Below, piece by piece: positions 63,663-64,000 of a stretch of 64,000 nt of DNA; position 1 is the first letter of the stretch, and each line of letters starts with the position of its first letter. The notes beneath the pieces were generated by a model. It did no database searches, was not told where the DNA came from, and was given only the letters and a program-made list of their open reading frames with translations. The stretch comes from an uncultured Candidatus Binatia bacterium (GTDB lineage Bacteria > Desulfobacterota > Binatia > UBA9968 > JAJDTQ01), in NCBI GenBank assembly GCA_965215605.1, contig OZ244070.1, positions 2,336,001 to 2,400,000 on the forward strand. The letters run 5' to 3'. Both the position numbers and the translations under genes were made by a program.

Positions 63663-64000
63663 ATGTACTTGGTAACCGCGGAAGAGATGCGCCGGCTGGA
63701 CCATCTCACCATCAACGCCCACGGGGTTCCGAGCCTGACCCTCATGGAGCGCGCCGGGCAGGCGGTGGTGGACATCATCCTCAAGCGCTGGACCCAACTG
63801 GCGAAGCGCGGAGTGCTGGTGGTGGCGGGCAAGGGCAACAACGGCGGCGACGGGCTGGTCATCGCCCGGCTGCTGAAGGACCGGGAGTTTCCGTGCGAGG
63901 TGGCGTGCGTGGCCCGGGAGCGGGATCTGTCGCCGGACGCCACGGTCAACCTCCAGCGCTATCGCTCCGGAGGAGGACTGTTCACGGAGATCCGGCCCGA
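63663..64000 (+). CDS. nnr: NAD(P)H-hydrate epimerase/dehydratase, N-terminal part (runs off window)
   Basis: Manual translation MYLVTAEEMRRLD...LMERAG...AGKGNNGGDGLVIAR (YjeF N-terminal domain). Confidence 0.9.
   Translation, partial: MYLVTAEEMRRLDHLTINAHGVPSLTLMERAGQAVVDIILKRWTQLAKRGVLVVAGKGNNGGDGLVIARLLKDREFPCEVACVARERDLSPDATVNLQRYRSGGGLFTEIRP

Overview
High-GC bacterial chromosome segment. Gene order and the expanded NitT/TauT-type binding proteins suggest a deltaproteobacteria-like organism, possibly Binatia; this is an inference. Housekeeping blocks: thrS-infC(ATA start)-rpmI-rplT-pheS, tRNA-Val(GAC), guaB-guaA-dnaE-hflX, fabF-fabH, tatBC, a three-part acyl-CoA carboxylase, bioB-rpoZ and tilS-ftsH-folP-glmM-pdxJ-nnr. 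Accessory metabolic content: dispersed pyr genes (pyrB, pyrD, pyrR, pyrE) interleaved with two DUF1989 genes, two M20 hydrolases and an ABC importer with three tandem near-identical binding proteins; a stand-alone PaaA/BoxB-like di-iron protein with etfBA; a luciferase-like monooxygenase with two alpha/beta-hydrolase folds; and a Rieske dioxygenase lacking a reductase. A decayed island near 49.9-52.8 kb holds a frameshifted DNA-binding gene, an AbiE type IV toxin-antitoxin pair and an ArsR/ArsP deletion scar. The most unusual signal is an unannotated, self-contained unit at 41059-41250: a near-consensus sigma70 promoter, a 15-nt match to the 16S rRNA 3' tail, an 11-codon Cys-Cys ORF, a structured 3' region and an intrinsic terminator, with no downstream gene to attenuate. 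All calls come from motif recognition; no searches were run.
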